Source: the human T2T-CHM13v2.0 reference genome, Homo sapiens. Taken from it: DNA of 64,000 nt. The stretch is taken from assembly GCF_009914755.1 (NCBI RefSeq), contig NC_060932.1; one strand, given 5' to 3'. This document shows, piece after piece, positions 47,522-62,270 of the stretch (its first letter is position 1; each line of letters begins with the position of its first letter). Below the pieces are notes generated by a model. The model saw only the letters and a list, made by a program, of their open reading frames with translations, had not been told where the DNA came from and did no database searches. A program made the position numbers and the translations under genes.

Positions 47522-49592
47522 TATGTTGCTCCTAGGGACCATTGATTTGCCCACTACTTGGACTTCTTTCCTGTGCATGTCTTCAGTTGCTTCCACTATT
47601 CTTCTCTGGAAATGATTTCATGTCCCCCATATTTATCAGTCCTCCCCAACCAGCCCAATGTGTCTCTTGGGTAGTGATATTGCTTTCTATCTTGTTGTGT
47701 CTCTGAGGTTGTGTGTTTCCAGGAGATTTGCACTAGCTGCTAGATGTGCAATGAATGCTTGTAGGTAAATCTTTAACCAGGAAATGATCTTGGAAGTTCA
47801 ACGTTTCCATGTTTCCAAAAAATAAATCGGAAATTACAGAGGTGTGATTACTTGCCTCAGGTTATAGGGATGGTTAGTGACAGAGCTGGACCAAAAGGCC
47901 TTGAATCAGGGTTCTCTGTATATAAAATTTTGTGATTTAGAGGGAGGAGAATACAAATAAAATATTTCTTAAGCTAAAATGTAAAGATGTGATTATTCTG
48001 GTTAATAAAAATTCAGAATATATATTATATGTATACTGAACTTACACATATAATACATGCATAGTTATAGCTTTCATTTAAAATAATACAGTCCGTTGAA
48101 AGGCCCTATCAAAGTATGGAGATAATTTGCATAAAACATACATATTAAATATGAAAAGGAAACAGTAAAAATGAAAAAAAAACTGGAAAGAAGAAAAGAA
48201 CTCAATGTGCCAAGTAATTTACATACTGACAGCAAGTTTATTTGAATTGAACATAGAAATGTGTGTAAATTGGCCCGCCTATTTAAGAAAAAGATATGCA
48301 AATAGATGTCCACAGAAATCTGCTACCCTTCACGCTGAAGTAGAAAACAAGATGCTTAATTTCTGCTCAAATTATTATTTTTTCTTTCCAGAATGTCCCC
48401 TCAGGAAACTCTAGGAACAAATTCTTCCATGTCTAGCATTTAGCCATTCATTCATTCATGTAACTGTCTTGCATGGTTCTGAGCCAGGCATTATATAGGG
48501 TGCTGAAATTACAAAGATGAGTAAGACACAGAAAGTTCTAGTCCTTGAGGAGCTCAAAATCTAATGAGAAAAAAAGATGTAGATGGTCTCTTATGACCAC
48601 TGGGATCCTTATGCACTGGGAATACATGTGCTCAATGTACAAAAGCACCTGGGATACGTATGTTGTTATATATATAACATAAAATGGCAGTGGTGCATAT
48701 AATAAGGTTGACAGTGACTCTATTGATATCTCATATTCATGATGTTTCCATGACAGCCAGTGACCTCAACTTTCCCATTTTTCTTTGAGTCCCCTTCTCT
48801 TATTGCTTCTCCATCTTTTCTAAGTCCTCATTTTGGGTTCAACATTTTCAAGTGCCTCCTGACTGTCTTTAAGCCTAACCACGATCTGTGTAGTCTTTCT
48901 AAGCCTATTCCTCTATAATTCCATATTGATCTTTCTATATAATGGGTCACAGGAATGAAACTAAAAGAAAAAAAGACGAGAAAAAGGAAATATATTTCTC
49001 TTGAAGAATTTGCTTTCAAAAAGTATAAGATTTGGGAGGGGACAAGAATTCAAAATTTCATTTAGTACCTTGATAATTATGCAATCATGAGTAAGTCACA
49101 ATCACTTTTGAATAAACCACAGGGAAGAGTCATGAGGAGGACGACATGAAATAATGTAAGTAAAGCAAATTTATGTTTCCATCCTAGGCCCTTCCCTAAA
49201 ACTCCAGGCTCATATAAACAACTGACTATGTGACATCTCTACTTGAACATCTTAGATTCATCTCAAAACATAACTAAAACTGAATTGCTGATATTCTCCC
49301 CCAAAGCTGTTCCACGCATCTCCTTACCTAAATCTTTTAATGGCCATTGGCCACTCTATCCTTCCAGTTGCTCAGACCAAGCCCTTGGAGTCATCTTTTA
49401 CTCTTCTCTTTCTTTCACGCCTCACATATAATAAATAAGAATATCTCATTGTCTCCTCCTTCAAAACACAACTAGAATCCAACGATTTTTATGAAGTCCA
49501 TGGCTATCATACTGGCAACATCACATAGTTTCTCAGCTCAGTTGTGATAGCCTCTTTAGAACTCTCCCTACGTTGACAATGATGCCTGTAAA

Positions 49593-52312
49593 TAGGCATA
49601 CCTAAGACATTGCAGGTTTGGTTCCACACCACCATAATAAGGCAAACATCTCAATAGTTTGAGTAACAGAAATTTATTTGTTTCTCAGTACATGTAAAAA
49701 TCATGTTTACACAATAGTGTAGCCCATTGAGTGTGCACTAGCATTGTGTCTAAAAAAAATATACATACCTTAATTAAAAATAAGTTGTTGCTAAAATATA
49801 TAATGATAATCTGTGCATTCAAGTCATAATCTTTTTGCTTGTGGAGGTTCTTGATGTTGATGGTTGCAGACAGATCAGGGTGGTAGTTGCTGAAGGTTGA
49901 GGTGGCTGTGTCAATTTCTCAAAATAAGACAACAATGATGTTTGCAGTTTTTTAAAAGACGATTGACTCTTTTAAAAAAATTTTGTCACCAAAGATTTCT
50001 CTGTGGCATGTGATGCTGTTTGATACCATTTTACCCACAGCAGAACTTCCTTCAAATTTGGAGTCAACCCTAACAAACCCTGATGATATTTTATACATAG
50101 GTTTATGTAATATTCTGAATCATTTCTTGTTATTTCAGCAATGTTCACAGCATCTTCACCAGGTGTAGATCACATCTCAAGGAGCCACTTTTTTCCCCCC
50201 TCATCCATAAGAAGTAACTCCTCATTGGCTCAGGTTTTATCATGGGATTGCAGCAATTCAGTCACATCTTCAGGCTCCAGTTTTTTGTTTGTTCATTTGT
50301 TTGTTTGTTTGTTCATTTTGAGACAGGGCCTAGCTCTGTCACCCAGGCTGGAGTACAGTGGTGTGATCTTAGCTCATTGCAACCTCTGCCTCCAGGGCTC
50401 AAGCCGTTCTCCCAAGTAACTGGGGATATAGCTGTGCACCACCACACCTGGCTATTTTTTTTTTTTATTTTTGTAGAGATGGGGTTTCACCATGTTGCCC
50501 AGGCTGGTCTGGAACTCCTGAGCTCGAGAAATCCTCCCACCTCGGTCTCCCAAAGTGCTGGGATTACAGTGGTGAGCCACTGTGCCTGGCCTCAGGCTTC
50601 ATTTCTTATTCTAGCTATTTTGCTATTTCCACCATATCTGCAGTGCCTTTCTCCACTGAAATCTTGAACTCCAAGGATTTGAATCAAGTTTTTCCAAATG
50701 CCTGTTAATGTTGATATTTTGACTTCCTCCCGTGATTCATGAATGTTCTTAATGGCACCTGGAATGCTGAATCTTTCCCCGAAGATTATCAAATTACTTT
50801 GCCCAGATACATCAGAGCAATCATGATTTATGGTACCTGGAGCCTTACAAAATGTAATTTTTAAATAATAAGATTTGAAACTTAAAATTAGTCCTTGATC
50901 CATGGGTTGTAAATAGGTATTGGTTAGAAGACATGAAAACAACATTAATTCTTTTGTACATATCCATCAAAGCCCTTAGGTGACCAGGTGCATTGTCAAT
51001 GACCAGCAATATTTTGAAAGGAATCTTTTCTTTTTTGAGCCATAGATCTCAACAATAAGCTTAAAATATTCAGTAATCCAGGTTGTAAAGAGATGTGATG
51101 TCATCCAGGCTTTGTTGTTCCATTATACAGCACAAGCCGAGTAGACTGCCATTATACAGCACAAGCTGAGTAGCATCGTTGTTAAGGGCCTTACAATTTT
51201 CAGAATGGTAAATGTGTATTGGCAATGCACGAAAGTTACCAGCTGCATTAGCCCTTATTAATCAGCCAGTCCTTTGGTGCTTTGAAGCCAAGAATTGACT
51301 TTTCTTCCCTAGCTATGAAAGTCCTACATGACATCTTCTTCCAGTATTAGGCTGTTTCGTCTGCACTGAAAATCTGTTATTAGTGTAGGCACCTTCATCA
51401 GTTATTTTAATTAGATCTTCTGGAGAACTTGCTGTGGCTTCTCTATTAGCACTTGCTGCATGGCCTTGTACTTTTATGTTACGAAGACAGCTTCTTTTCT
51501 TAAACCTCATGAACTAATCTCTTCTAGCCTTTAATTTTTTTTTCCTCACCTTTTTCAGTCTTCATAGAATTGAAGAGAGTTAGGGCCTTTTTCTGGATTA
51601 AGTTTTGGCTAAAAGAAATGTTGTGGTTGGTTTGATCTTTTATCCAGATCATTAAAACTTTCTTCATATCAGCAATGAGACTGTTCTGGTTTCTTATCAT
51701 TTGTGTATTCACAGGAGTAGCACTTTTAAGTTCCTTCAAGAACTTTTCTTTTGCATTCACAACTTGGTTGACTGTTTGGCACAAGGGACCCAACTTCCAG
51801 CCTGTCTTGGCTTTTTACATGCCTTCCTCACTAAGCTGAATTATTTCTAGGTTTTGTTTAAAGTGACTCTTCTGTTCACTTGAATAGATATAAGCCATTG
51901 TAGGCTTATTAATTGGCCTAATTTCAAGATTGTTGTGTCTCAGGGAATAGGGAGGCCTGAGGAGAGGAAGAGAGATGTGTGTGTGCAGGGAGGGAGCCAA
52001 TCAATGGAGCAGTCGGAACACACACAACATTTATTGATTAAGTTCACCGTCTTACATGGATGCAGTTAGCGGCATCCCAAAACAATTACAATAGTAACAT
52101 CAAAGGTCATTGATTGCAGATCTCCATAACAGATATAATAGCAATAAAAAAGTTTAAACTATTGCAAGAATTACCAAAATGTGACAGACACAAAATGAGC
52201 ACATACTATTGGAAAAATGGTGTCGATAGACTCACCACAAACCTTCATTTTGTAAAAAACATAATTCTGTGAACAGCCATGAAAAGAAGCACCATAAAAT
52301 AAGTTATGCCTA
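49593..52312 (-). mobile_element. Tigger1, near full length, decayed
   Basis: TIRs taggcatacc... and ...ttatgccta. Transposase fragments: [20 protein letters not shown] (51524-51793), [15 protein letters not shown] (51313-51510), [17 protein letters not shown] (50592-50945). Confidence 0.93.
50281..50591 (-). mobile_element. Alu (AluJ-like) nested in Tigger1
   Basis: (gttt)n tail, gagacagggcctagctctgtcacccagg...gagccactgtgcctggcc. Confidence 0.93.
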
Positions 52313-52756
52313 TAGTTGGTTCTCAGGAGAGAAGACAATATAATGTTTCAAAATCTTAAGTCAGGTCATGTCACTGCTCAAACCCTGCAATGACTCCCCA
52401 TTTCATTCAACATAAAAGCAAAGCTTCACAATGACCAATGGGGGCCTGTGTGAAGTGGCCCCTCATACCCTCTCTGACCTCAGCCCTCTGCTCTGTCTCT
52501 GTCCTTGCACTTTCTTATCTGGCCATCTTGATTCCTCACTGTTCCTTAATTTGCCCACACAAGCAGCTGCCGTGGGACCTTTGTACTAGTTGTCCCTCTG
52601 CCCAGTACCCTCTCTTTTTCATGTACTTGAATGGCTCATTTTTTCCACCTATTTCAAGTTTTTGCTCAGATTTCACCTTCTCAATAAAACCTAATGGGAC
52701 CACCAAACACTACAGTTCTCTCGCCAGTCCTCTTGATTCCGCTTGTGTTGCTATGT

Positions 52757-53075
<319 letters not shown>

Positions 53076-53934
53076 ACGATGTTTTTTAGTAACACCTAAC
53101 CTCTTTTTAATGAGCTAGAAAATGTATTCATTTAGTCTGTTCATTTTTAATTGTATATTACCCCCACAATATGAAGTCGCTCCCACCAAGGGCAGTGATT
53201 TTGTGTGTTTTGTGTACTAATATGCCTCAGTCTATATCTACAAACATATTCAGAGATCTATAAATATTTGCCAAGTGAGAGTACCTGGCTTACAGCAAGA
53301 GCTCAATTATGATCAGTTTTCTCTTTCCTGTCTCATCTGCAAGTGAAAAGCTACAGAATGTTTGTTAGAATCAAAAGAAGAGATGTCACCAGCTGTCTTT
53401 CCTCCCTGTCCTTGCTGTTGACAAGTCCCCATTCAGTGTGGGGAACTGTCACTGCTCCTGAGGTGACATTTTCCACCTGGGAAGGCATTCGTTGCTCCTG
53501 ACGTGGATTCATGTCACATTAGGACAAATGCCATGCCTCTCCTCCTCTTCGTGCCAGATGCCATGTTCCACTGCATCTCATGAACAGAAGTCTTGTACTC
53601 CTCACCAGGAAAACACTGATCCTCTTTTCTGTTTCCTCTTTGCTTGGCAGACTGCCATCCAGGCCCTGAGTTTCACAGCTTTTCTTTGTTGAAAGGATTT
53701 TCTTTGCTTATGTGTGAGAAGTTTTTGCCTTCCTGGTTACATCCATTGTGGCTTCTGAGCCTATTTGGGTTGTCTCTGCCAGGACTTAATCTTCCTGACT
53801 TAGGCCTTGCATAAAAGAGAATGCTCAGTGGACTATCACTAACATTATGTTGCCCAAACAATGAATGTTATATTATAGTTTACAAAGCCCCTTTCTATTC
53901 ATTCACTTACTCATTTGGTCTTGCTTTTTTATAT

Positions 53935-54333
53935 ATAAACTCAACTTTTATTTTAGATTCAGGTGGTACATGCGCAGATTTCTCACATGGGTATATTGTG
54001 TGATGCTGATGTTTGAGATACAAATGACTCCATCAACCAGGTATTGAGCATCAACCAGGTATTGAGCGTATACCCAGCAGTTTTTCAGATGTTGCCCCAC
54101 TCCCTCCCTCCTGCCTTTAGTAGTCCCTAGTGTCTACTGTTGCCATATTTATGTCCATGAATACCAAATGTTTAGCTCCCACTTAAAAGTGAGCACATGC
54201 AGTATTTGGTTTTCTGTTCCTACATTAATTTGCTTAGGAAAATGGCCTCCGGCTGCATTCATGTTGCTGTAAACCTGTGATTTCATTCTTTTAAGGCCTG
54301 CATAGTATTCCATGGTGTATATGTACCACATTT
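53935..54333 (-). mobile_element. Old L1PA/L1PB 3' end fragment
   Basis: caacttttattttagattcaggtggtacatg...gcatagtattccatggtgtatatgtaccacattt. Confidence 0.85.
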
Positions 54334-54339
54334 AAGTAA

Positions 54340-57300
54340 TACTTTTATAATTTTTGTGGGTACAGAGTAGGTATATCTATTTATGGGGTACATGAGCTGT
54401 TTTAATAGAGGCATTCAATGTGAAATAGGCACATCATGAAGAATGGGGTATCCATTCCCTCAAGCATTTATCCTTTGGGTTACAAACAATCCAATTACAA
54501 TCAAGTTATTTTAAAATGTACAATTAAATTATTATTGACTATAGGCACTCTGTTGTGCTATCAAACAGTAGGTCTTAGACATCCTTTCTATTTTTTTTAA
54601 CCCATGAACCATCTCCATCCCCCACTCAGCTCTCCTCTATCCTCCCCAGCCTCTGGCAACCATCCTTCTACTCTCTATATACATGAGTTCAATTGTTTTA
54701 ATTTTCAGATCTCACAAATAAGTGAGAACATGTGTTATTTGTCTTACTGTCCTGACTTATTTCACTTAACATAATGATCTCCAGTTCCATCCATGTTGTT
54801 ACAAATGACTGGATCTCATTCTTTTTATGGCTAATTAGTATTCCGTTGCATATATGTACCACGTTTTCTTTATCTATTTAGATAGGCATCAGTTGCTTCC
54901 AAATCTTGGTTATTGTAAACGGTGTTCCAACAAACATAGGAGTGCAGATGTATCTTCAATATACTGATTTCCTTTCTTTTGGGTATATACCTAGCAGTGG
55001 GATTGCTAAATCATACAGTAGTTCAATTTTTAAATTTTTGAAGAACTTCTTAAATGTTCTCCATAGTGATAGTGATTGTACTAATTTACATTCCCACCAA
55101 CAGTGTACAAGGGTTCCCTTTTCTCCACAACCTTGCCAGCATTTTTATCGCCTGTATATTGGATATAAGCCACTTTAACTGGGGTGAGATAATATCTCAT
55201 TGTAGTTCTGATTTGCATTTCTCTGATGATCAATGATTTTGAGCACCTTTTCATATGACTGTTTGTCATTTGTATGTCTTCTTTTGAAAAACATCTATTC
55301 AGATCTTTTGCCTATTTTTCTTCAGATTATTAGATTTTTTCCTATAGAGTTGTTTGAGCTACTTATATATTCTGATTACTAATCCCTTGTCAGATGCATA
55401 GTTTGCAGATATTTTCTTCTATTCTGTGAGTTGTCTCTTTAGTTTGTTGATTGTATTCTTTGCTGTGCAGAAGCTTTTTAACTTGATGTGATCTCATTTG
55501 TCTGTTTTTGCTTTGGTTGCCTGTGCTTGTGGGGCATTACTCAAGAAATCTTTGCTCAGATCAATGTCCTGGAGATTTTCCCCAATGTTTTCTTGTAGTA
55601 TTTTCATAGTTCTAGGTCTTAGATTTAAGTCTTTAATCTATTTTTATTTGAATTTTGTATGTAGTGAGAGATAGGAGTGTAGTTTTATTCTTCTGCATAC
55701 GGATATCCAGTTTTCCCAGTACCACTTATTGAAGATACTATTTTTTCCCCACTGTGTGTTCTTGGCACCTTGTTGAAAATGAGTTTACTGTAGATGTGTC
55801 AAATTGTTTCTGGGTTCTCTACTCTATTCCATTGGTCTATGTGTCTGTTTTTATGCCAGAACCATGCTGTTTTGGCTACTATAGCTCTGTAATATAATTT
55901 GAAGTCAAGTAATGTGATTCCTTCAGTTTTGTTCTTTTTGCATAGGGTAGTTTTGGGTATTCTGGGTCTTTTGTGGTTTCATATGAATTTTAGGATTACT
56001 TTTCCTACTTTTATGAAGAATGTCATTGGTATTTTGTTAGGGATCACATTGAATCCATAGATTGCTTTGGGTAGCATGACATTTTAACAATAATGATTCT
56101 TCCAATCCATTAAAATGGATTATCTTTCCATTTCTTTGTGTTGTCTTCAGTTTATTTCATCATTGTTTTACAGTTTTCATTATAGAGATCTTCCATTTTT
56201 GGTTAAGTTAATTCCTAGGCATTTGTTTTTATGTGTGGCTATTGTAAATGATATTACCTTTAAAATTTCATTTTCATATTTTTCACTGTGGGCATATAGA
56301 AATGATATTGATACTTGAATGTTGATTTTGTATCCTGTATCTTTACTGAATTTATCAGTTCTACTAGTTTTCTTGTGGAGTTTTTAGGTTTTTCCAAATA
56401 TAAGATCATATCATCTGTAAACAAAGATAATTTGACCTCTTTCTTTCTAATTTGGATGCCCTTTATTTTTTTCTCTTGTCTGCTTACTCTAGCTAGGACT
56501 GCCAGTATTATATTGAATAACAGTGGAGACAGTAGACATTCTTGATGTGTTCCAGATGTTAAAGGAAAGGCTTTCGGTTTTCCCCCATTCAGTAAGATAC
56601 TATCTGTGGTTTTGTTATTTATGGCTTTTATTGTGTTGAGGCACGTTCCTTCTATCCCCAGTTTTTTTAGGGTTTTTTTTTTTAATCATGGAAGGATGCT
56701 GAATTTTATCACAGGGTTTTTCAATATCAATTAAAATATCGTATGGTTTTGTCCTTCATTCTGTTACTATATCACATTGATTAATTTGTGTATGTTGAAC
56801 CATCCTTGCATCCCTGGAATAAATCCCACTTGTTCATGATGAATGATTTTTCTAACGTATTGTTAAATTTGGTTTGCTAGTATTAAGGATCTTTACACCA
56901 ATATTCCTCAGATACATTGGCCTGTAATTTTTTTATGTGTCTTTGTCTGGTTTTGATACCAGGGTAATACCAGCCTCATAGAATGAGTCTGGAAGTAGTC
57001 CATCCTCCTCTATTTTTCTGAATCGTTTGAGTAATATTAGTGCTAGTCCTTTAAATGTTTGGTAGAAATCAGCCATAACACCCTCAGATCCTGGGTTTTC
57101 CTTTGATGGGAGACATTTCAGTGTGGCTTCGATCTCAGTATTGGTTTGTTGAGGTTTTATATATCATCATGGTTCAATATTGGTATATTTTATATGTCCA
57201 GGAATTTACCCATTTCTTCCAGATTTTCCAATTTGTTAAACATGTCATTGTTCATAATAGTCTCTAATGATTCTTTGTGTTTCTGAGGGCTCAGTTGTTA

Positions 57301-60300
57301 AGTCTCCTTTTTCATTTCTGATTTTATTTATTTGGGTCTGCTCTCTTTTTCTTAGTGTAGCTAAAGGTTTGTCAATTTTGTTTACCTTTTCAAAAAACCA
57401 ACTCTCCATTCAGTTAATCTTGTCTATTGCTTTTTTTAGCCTCAATTTTATTTCCAATCTGACCTTTATTATTTCTTTCTTCCTACTAATTTTGGGTTTG
57501 GTTTCTTCTTGCTTTTCTAGTTCCTTGAGGTGCACCATTAGGTTGATAATTTGAAGTCTTTCTACTTTTTTTGATATAGATATTTATTATTATAAACTTC
57601 TCTCTTAGTACTGTTTTTGCTATATCCCACAGATTTTGGTATACTGTATTTCCATTTTCATTTGCTTCAAGAAATTTTTCAATTTCATTCTTAATTTCTT
57701 CATTAATTCAATTGTTGTTTAGGACCATATTGTTTAATTTCCATGCATTTGTATATTTTCTGAGGTTCCTCTTGTTATTGATTTCCAGTTTTATTCCATT
57801 GTGGTCAGAAAAGATACTTGATATGATTTCTATTTAACTGAATTTGTTCAGACTTGTTTTGTGGCCTAAGATACAATCTATTCTGGAGAATGTTCTATGT
57901 GGTGATGAAAATAATGTGTTTCTGTAGCAGTTGGGTGAAATGTTCTGTAAATGTCATTTAGGCCTATTAGGTCTGGTATGTAGTGTAACTGTGCGTGTCT
58001 TTGTTGATTTTCTGTCTAGATGATTGGCTTACTATTGAGAATGGGATATTAAAGTCTGTTACTATTATTGTATTGCAGTCTATCTCTTCTTTTATATCTA
58101 TTAATGTTTGCTTTATATGCTTGGGAGCTCTGGTGTTGAGTGCATAGATATTTATAATTATTATATACTTTTGATGAATTTGTCCCTTTATCATTATATA
58201 TTGATCTTCTTTGTCTCTTTTTATAATCTTAGATTGGTCATCTGTTTTATCTGATATAATTATATCTACTTCTGCTCTTTTTGTGCTTCCAGTTGTATGG
58301 GATATATTTTTCCACCCCTTTGCTTTCGATCTATGTGTGTCTTTACAGGTGACATGGGTTTCTTGAAGGCAATGTATAGTTGGGTCTTGTTTCTTTATCC
58401 ATTCAGCCACTCTATACCTTTGAATTGGAGAATTGAGACAATTTACATTCGGCATTATTACTGATAAGTAAGAAATTGCTACTGCCATTTTGTTGCTTGT
58501 TATCTGTTTGCTTTGATACTTCTCTCTTTCCTTCTTACTGATTTCCTTTGTGGTTAAATGATTTTTCTCTGACAGCACCTTTTAGTTGGTTGCTTTTTAT
58601 TTTTACTGAGTCTATTATATGTTTTTGCACTGTGGTTATACAAACGCTTATGAAAACATTTTATAGATATAACAAATTATTTTTAAAAGATGACAACTTA
58701 TCAGAGATCACAAATACAAGAACAGAAACAAAGGCAAAACACACCTACAAAATTCAATGCTTGAACTCTTTTCCCCCATGTTTTGACGTTTAGTTACCTC
58801 CATTTATACCTTTATATTACCTATGTCTTATCAAGTTCTTGCAACTATTACTGTTTTTGATATATTTGTCTTTTGGACTTTATAATAGATTTATGAATGG
58901 GTTGCTCTCACCATTACAATAATAGAGCATCCTGGGTTTGTTCTCTTAATTTTACCAGTCAGTTTTTTGCATGAAAAGTTTGCTTTTTACACATAAGTCT
59001 TTCTTTTTTCAGATCAAAAAACTCCTGTTAACATTCCTTTGCTCATGCTCAGCTCCAGCTCCCCATTTTTTTTTTTTTTTGAGACAGGATCTTTCTGTGC
59101 CTTCCAGACTGGAGTGGGGTGCAGTAGCCCGATCATGGCTCACTGTACCCTCAGTCTCCTGGGCTCAGGCAATTCTCCCACCTCAGCCTCCTGAGTAGCT
59201 GGGAACACAGGCTGTGCCACCACACCCGGCTAATTTTATTTTTTTGTAGAGATGAGGTCTCTCTGTATTGCCCACACTGGTCTCCAACTCCTAGGCTCAA
59301 GTGAGTTTCTTGTCTTGGCTGCCCAAAGTGCTGGGATTACAGACATGAACCACAGCACCTAGTCTCAGCTCCCTCTTATATATCAATACTTCTTAGATTT
59401 GGGCTTTTGAGGGAATTTTTATATCTTGTAGGCAGTGTTTGTTTCTTTTCATTCTTCTTTTTTCCCTCTGATTGTGTATTTTTGAATGACTGGTCTTTGA
59501 GCTCACTTATTCTTTCCTCTGCTAGGTACATTCTGCTATTGTGAGACTCTAATGAATTCTTCAGTTCAGTAAATGTGTTTCTCAGTTCCACAATTTCTGT
59601 TTGAATTTTTATTTTGTTATTTCAGTCTCTTTTTTAAGTTTCTCTGATAAATTTCTGATTGATTTTCTGTGTTACCTTAGAAATCATTGAGTTTTCTTAA
59701 AACTGCCATTTTGAAAGCTTGGTCAGAGAGCTCACAAATTACTGCTGTCTTAGTATTAGTCACTGGATTTTTGCTTGTCATTTTGGGGAGGTCGTGGCTT
59801 CCTGCTTGCTCTTATTTCTTGTGGGTATGTGTCTATGTCTTTGCAGTGAAGGATCAGTAATTTATTGTAGTTTTCTCTGTCAGGCTTGTTTCATTTTTTA
59901 TTGGATATATTTGCTTAGAGAATCTTTACTGCTAGGTTGCTGCCTCCTTTATGGCTCTAGGTGGTGGCATAAGCCTGGGTTTGCCTTGGCTTTAATAAAC
60001 AATGAGAGAGCTGCCTGTTCCTGAATGGGGGAGGTCGCAAAGGGATTTTCCTGGCAGTGTGTCAAGGCTGGCTAGGGGTTAATGCCAAGAGGACCTGTAG
60101 GATGTAACTCCTATAGCATGGTGCAGCTCAACAGCCACTCTGATTTGGGACCTCTTTTGGCCAAGTAAGAGAGCAGAATTTCCAGGGCTGGAGATGGTGG
60201 TCCTACCTCCCTTCTTTGTCTCTGCCTGTTTTCAGGAATATGTCTCCTTCAGGTAGTCACAATGTTTTCTGTGCGCTAAGGAAGGGATGGGTCTCCTGCC

Positions 60301-60625
60301 AGGGCACCCAAGATGGTAGGAAAGCTGGTTGATCATCTCCATCTCACTTTTTCCAATGTAGAAACCATGAATTGGGGGAAGATTTTCCACGCATTTGTTG
60401 CTGGGCAGAATGTGGGTGAGGGTCATCCCAAATGTGGAATTCTGATTCTCTTTACCATCTGCTCTGGGTTTTTCACTCCTTTGTGGGAACAGAAAATGGT
60501 CTTTCCCTCATCTCTGAGTTCTGAGTTCTTGCTTGTGAAAAATCTGAGCACTGTATATCTGATTTTGGTTTTCTCTGGGGGAGTGAAGCCAGCTTTCTTC
60601 TACACTGCCAGTCTGGAATTAAAAG
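54340..60625 (-). mobile_element. Near-full-length L1MA (MA1-3-like), decayed
   Basis: L1MA 3'UTR (tttttgtgggtacagagtaggtatat) and ORF2 through the endonuclease (57967-58578: NVNCLNSPIQRYRVAEWIKKQDPTIHCLQETH). ORF1 coiled-coil remnant at 59376-59591. 5' boundary approximate. Confidence 0.88.
59066..59362 (-). mobile_element. Alu (AluJ-like) nested in L1MA
   Basis: gagacaggatc...gatcatggctcactgtaccctcagtctcctgggctcagg; flanking cagctccc repeat. Confidence 0.92.
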
Positions 60626-61699
60626 TCAAAAACATAGCATTCTTTTCACTTAATTCATCCTGAACCCTCCTTTCCACCTAATAACCTCTTAAGTTTCCCG
60701 TGTTTAGTTTAACATACATTGGGAAATGCTGGGGTTGGAGAATTTTCAATGTTCTTTTCAATTCTAAAATTCTACTGATCTATTTCAAGATAGCAGCCTG
60801 TGGTCTACCTGGAGAACCCTGAGTTGATGCTAGTTGTTCTTGACCCACATTTTGAGGATTTCTTTATTATATTTTATAGCTGCTCTTAGGTTGCTGAAGC
60901 AGGTTATTTAGAAAACACTAACTATCCTCATCAGAAGAATCTCCTGAAAAGCAGGTCTCTGAGAGGCTGTTTCAGTGAATGATCATTGAAATGAATCCTG
61001 TGTCCACTCATTCTGAAGGAAACATTTGTAAAGAGGAATTGTATCTCAGAGGAGGCCCTGAGGTTCATGGGGGTTCCTTGCTGCAGAGGACTTTGCAGGA
61101 GATGAGAGTGGAGAATTATTTATTCTATTTTAGTGTCTGGTTTGGGGGTGTGGGGAAAGATTGTGTTTGTGGTCTTGAACACGTGCTCTAAGACACTCAT
61201 ACAATAAGGACTGAAACCTTTTAGGAAAGAGACTTTAATTAACTCACAGCAGGCAGTCTGTTCTAGGAGGATGTGTCTTCTATCTTTGTTTTTTTACTTT
61301 GTTGGGTCATTCTAATGAGCCTTATTAATTTTTAAAATTTCCCCTCAAAGCTTTTCTGGGTCATTGCTGTAGGGTTTCTCTGTGACACAGATCATGTGTA
61401 ATGAGGCAAAGGGCAGCTGCAGCTCTTAATCTTCCACTGGGCAGCACCTTTAACTTTAAGTTCATTAAACAGTGAGTTGTGGACACAGACCCAGGGCAGA
61501 CTTGTGTAGCAGTCTTTTGTCTTCACAAGAAGCTGGCTTCAGTTGGTGTGGCTCTCTGAGTTTGGATTCAAAATTGTTTTGTGTGAAGATGATGGCAGAG
61601 AGAAGCTGATCACAGTGAAAATGCAGGACACGAGCAAACTTTGTTCCAACATGGGCCCTGTGATCTCCCACCTTGGGCTTTGAGCAGAGTTCTCGTCAC

Positions 61700-62270
61700 T
61701 GGGGATTTGGATGAAGGCCTGCTCTTATGGAGCTTGTATTTTTATGGCCATGGTTGGGATAGGGAAGAGGCAATGGAGAGATAATGCACAAACAAATAAG
61801 TACGTAAATACGATAATTTCAAATGGTTATAAATGCTGTGAAGAAAACAAAAACAAAGAAGAGGAATTATGAGATGGCCAAAAGGTGATCAGAGAAGGCT
61901 TCCTGAAGAAGGGGCTTTTGAACTGATATCTGCAGGACAACGAGGGGTAATATCTTCCATGTGGAGGGAACAATAGCAATTGTCCTCACTTTGGGATGAG
62001 TGTGTCAAGTTTAAGGAACAAAATGATGTCCAATGTGGCTGGAATTTATGGAGTGAGTGAGTGGTAAGATTTTTTGCTTGTGCAATCTGAAGCCATTGAG
62101 AATTTTAAGCAAAGTCATAATACAATGGGATTTATGCCTTAAAATGCTCTTTCCCGCTGTGAGAAGGTAGACAGCATAGGGGAAAGAACAAAAGCAGTGA
62201 GATAAGAGAGATGTATTGATAAAGTAATTAATGCTGGAGAGGAGGTAGCCTGGACTGGTGACAGTAAAGA
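61700..62270 (-). mobile_element. L2 fragment
   Basis: gcctgctcttatggagcttgtatt...aaatgctgtgaagaaaa...atcagagaaggcttcctgaagaagggg. Confidence 0.7.

Noticed and set aside
50592-51793. Domesticated TIGD1-like transposase gene
   Set aside because: Fragmented into short frames by stops, indels and an Alu; an ordinary decayed Tigger1.
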